Positions 61,944 to 64,000 of a DNA stretch of 64,000 nucleotides are shown piece by piece. A program made the translations under genes and the position numbers. The notes beneath the pieces are model-generated. The model was not told the origin of the DNA, searched no databases, and was given only the letters and a program-made list of their open reading frames with translations. Location of the stretch: assembly GCA_963709585.1 (NCBI GenBank), contig CAVPXI010000008.1:60534-124533 (forward strand), written 5' to 3'. This DNA comes from Candidatus Dormiibacterota bacterium. GTDB lineage: Bacteria > Chloroflexota > Dormibacteria > Aeolococcales > Aeolococcaceae. Within the stretch, counting starts at the first letter, position 1; each line of letters starts with the position of its first letter.

Positions 61944-63287
61944 TCAGTCGCTCGGTATGCCGCTCGCAGGGGGCGTCGACGCGGCCCCGGAGTACGTGGT
62001 GATCGCGCCGGTCGCGGTGTCGTCGGTGATCTCGATCGGTCCGAGCGTCGTGAGCGAGCCGTCGGCGCCGATCGCGTCCATCTGCACGCCGGTGAACCCG
62101 TTGTGATCAGTCGACGAGAATGCATAGGGCGTCAGGCCCGGCCCGTCGGTCCAGTGGCTGCTCTGGACCGCGGCGACGATGCTCGCCCTGGTCGGGTTCT
62201 GGCCGGCGGCCTTGAGCGCCTGCACGAACGCGTAGGCCTCAGACATGCCGTACTCGACGTTGCCATCCCAGGGCAAGGACGGCGCGTAGGTGGCCTCGAT
62301 GCCCTTGAAGAGAGTCACCCAGGGGTTGGTGGCGTCGGTCAGCAAGGGCAGATACGTGTCGCTGATCGTGCCGCCGATCAAGCCCGCGGGCAGCTTCTTG
62401 CCAAGCGCTCCACCGGTGAGGATCGCGGCGAGAGTCGGCGGATCCGATCCGACATTGCTCACCACGAACTGCGGATGGTAGTTGAGCCCGGCGGCACTCG
62501 CCTCGGCGATCGCGGTGAAGAGGGGCACCGAGAAGTTGACGATCACCTGGACTCCCTGTGCCTGCAGCCCCGCGATCGCGGCGCCGACCGCCATCGCCCC
62601 TGCGGCCGTGGGCGTGTAGTACGCCGGGGTCGCAGCGACATTGAGGCCTTTGCCCTGCAGCGAGTCCATCACGCCCATGAAGCCGTCGGTGCCGAACTCG
62701 TCGTTGGGTCCCTGGATGAAGAAGCCGACCTTCTTGCTCGCGAAGTTCGTCGCGATGTACTGCCCGAGGATCTTGCCCTCGATGGTGTAGTTGGGCTGCC
62801 AGCCGAAGGTATCCGGATACTGGGCCGTGTTGTTCCAGCAGTTGCAGCCCGATGCCACGAACAGGTCGGGCACGTGTTCGGAGTTGAGATAGGTCACCAC
62901 CGAGAGGTGGGTCGGCGTTCCGAGCGCCTGGAACATCGCGAACACCTGATCCTGGAGAACGAGCTTGCGCGTCTGCGTCGCGGTGCTGGTGGGGTTGTAC
63001 TGGTCGTCGAGGTACGTGTAGGTGATCTTTCGGCCGTTGACCCCACCGTGGGCGTTCACGTACTTGAAGTACGCGTTGGCCGCCGGCGCGATCTCCGAGT
63101 ATCCCGGCGCCGCGGGACCCGTGAGGGGCTGGGTGCTGCCGATGGTCACCGTGGTCGCGGTGACCCCCGGCGCGGACGCTGTATTGGCGCCCCCGGTGCT
63201 CGAGCTGCCGCAGGCCGCGGTCAGCAACGCTGCCACCCCACCCGCGGCGGCCACCGCCCAGGTCCTGGATCTACTGATCTCTCGCAT
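61944..63287 (-). CDS. branched-chain amino acid ABC transporter substrate-binding lipoprotein
   Basis: Lipobox TAAC, PLTGPAA, NAHGGVNGRKI, DDQYNP. Confidence 0.9.
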   Translation of the reverse strand: MREISRSRTWAVAAAGGVAALLTAACGSSSTGGANTASAPGVTATTVTIGSTQPLTGPAAPGYSEIAPAANAYFKYVNAHGGVNGRKITYTYLDDQYNPTSTATQTRKLVLQDQVFAMFQALGTPTHLSVVTYLNSEHVPDLFVASGCNCWNNTAQYPDTFGWQPNYTIEGKILGQYIATNFASKKVGFFIQGPNDEFGTDGFMGVMDSLQGKGLNVAATPAYYTPTAAGAMAVGAAIAGLQAQGVQVIVNFSVPLFTAIAEASAAGLNYHPQFVVSNVGSDPPTLAAILTGGALGKKLPAGLIGGTISDTYLPLLTDATNPWVTLFKGIEATYAPSLPWDGNVEYGMSEAYAFVQALKAAGQNPTRASIVAAVQSSHWTDGPGLTPYAFSSTDHNGFTGVQMDAIGADGSLTTLGPIEITDDTATGAITTYSGAASTPPASGIPSD

Positions 63288-63326
63288 GCGCGTGCTCCTT
63301 GTCTGTGCGGATAGCGGTTACTGGTG

Positions 63327-64000
63327 TCATTGAGAAGGCACCTCGGGTGCGCTGGGCAAGCCGGCGGTGCGGCGGCTCGAGCGAAGCATCCGCCTCACCC
63401 CCCGGATGCTCGACGCGACGCCGCCGGCGACGCCCCGCGGGAACGCGAGGATAGCCACGATGAGGACGATGCCGTAGATGGCGAGAGGCACGTTGTTGGC
63501 AACGTTACTCGACAGACTGAGGCTGCTGGCGAGGCCGCCGGTCCACACCGGCAGGTACACGAGGATGAACGATCCGAGCACCGCTCCGCTGAGACTTCCG
63601 AGCCCGCCGATGACGATGGCGGTGAGCAGCGCCAGGGACAGGTTGAGCGTGAAGCCACTCGGCGATGTGACCGTCACCCAGTAGGCGAACAACGACCCCG
63701 CAAGCCCGGCGCACGCGGCACTGACCACGTACGCGAGCACCTGGGTTCGGGCGACATCGACGCCCGAGAGGCGTGCCGCCACCTCGTTGTCGCGCACCAT
63801 CCGGAAACGCCTGCCGGTGGCGCCGCGCACGAGGTTGGCGAGCACGAAAGAAGGTGATCACGGCGGCGGCGAGTGTGATCCACGCCAACCACTGCTCGGG
63901 TGCGAAGTTCGCGCCCAGGAAGGCGGGCGGCGTGGGCGCGGTAACGCTCAGCCCCTGGTTGCCACCGAAGACGCTCGCGAAGTGTGACGGCACCTGGGGA
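63327..64000 (-). CDS. branched-chain amino acid ABC transporter permease (LivM-like), partial, frameshift near 63845
   Basis: GR.FR.VRDNEVAA, IGGLGSLSG, PRG. Confidence 0.85.

Overview
GC-rich bacterial DNA (soil Actinomycetota- or Dormibacterota/Chloroflexota-like; taxonomy is inference). It carries many apparent single-base frameshifts, most consistent with long-read indel errors. From left to right: a selenocysteine formate dehydrogenase operon (in-frame TGA plus SECIS), FUSC and oxidoreductase genes, and an accessory block with an ECF sigma factor, acyltransferases and an IS110 element with a structured non-coding end. Next come two tandem islands bounded by 3' duplications of tRNA-Gly(GCC): an integrase-less LuxR/lipoprotein island and an integrative mobilizable element (tyrosine integrase, MobF relaxase, stand-alone REase, trypsin-like protease). 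Core metabolic genes follow (hisN, acyl-CoA reductase, thiolase, LD-transpeptidase, pntAB and others). The most novel signal is at 52.3-57.7 kb. A membrane histidine kinase and receiver pair is divergent from two paralogous MFS genes. Each MFS gene is preceded by an unannotated micro-ORF with a good RBS ending in Ala-Trp-Gly-stop (MATWGDNEAWG, MADGVAWG) and by a conserved structured RNA leader. This is a candidate peptide-signalling or leader-peptide attenuation system.
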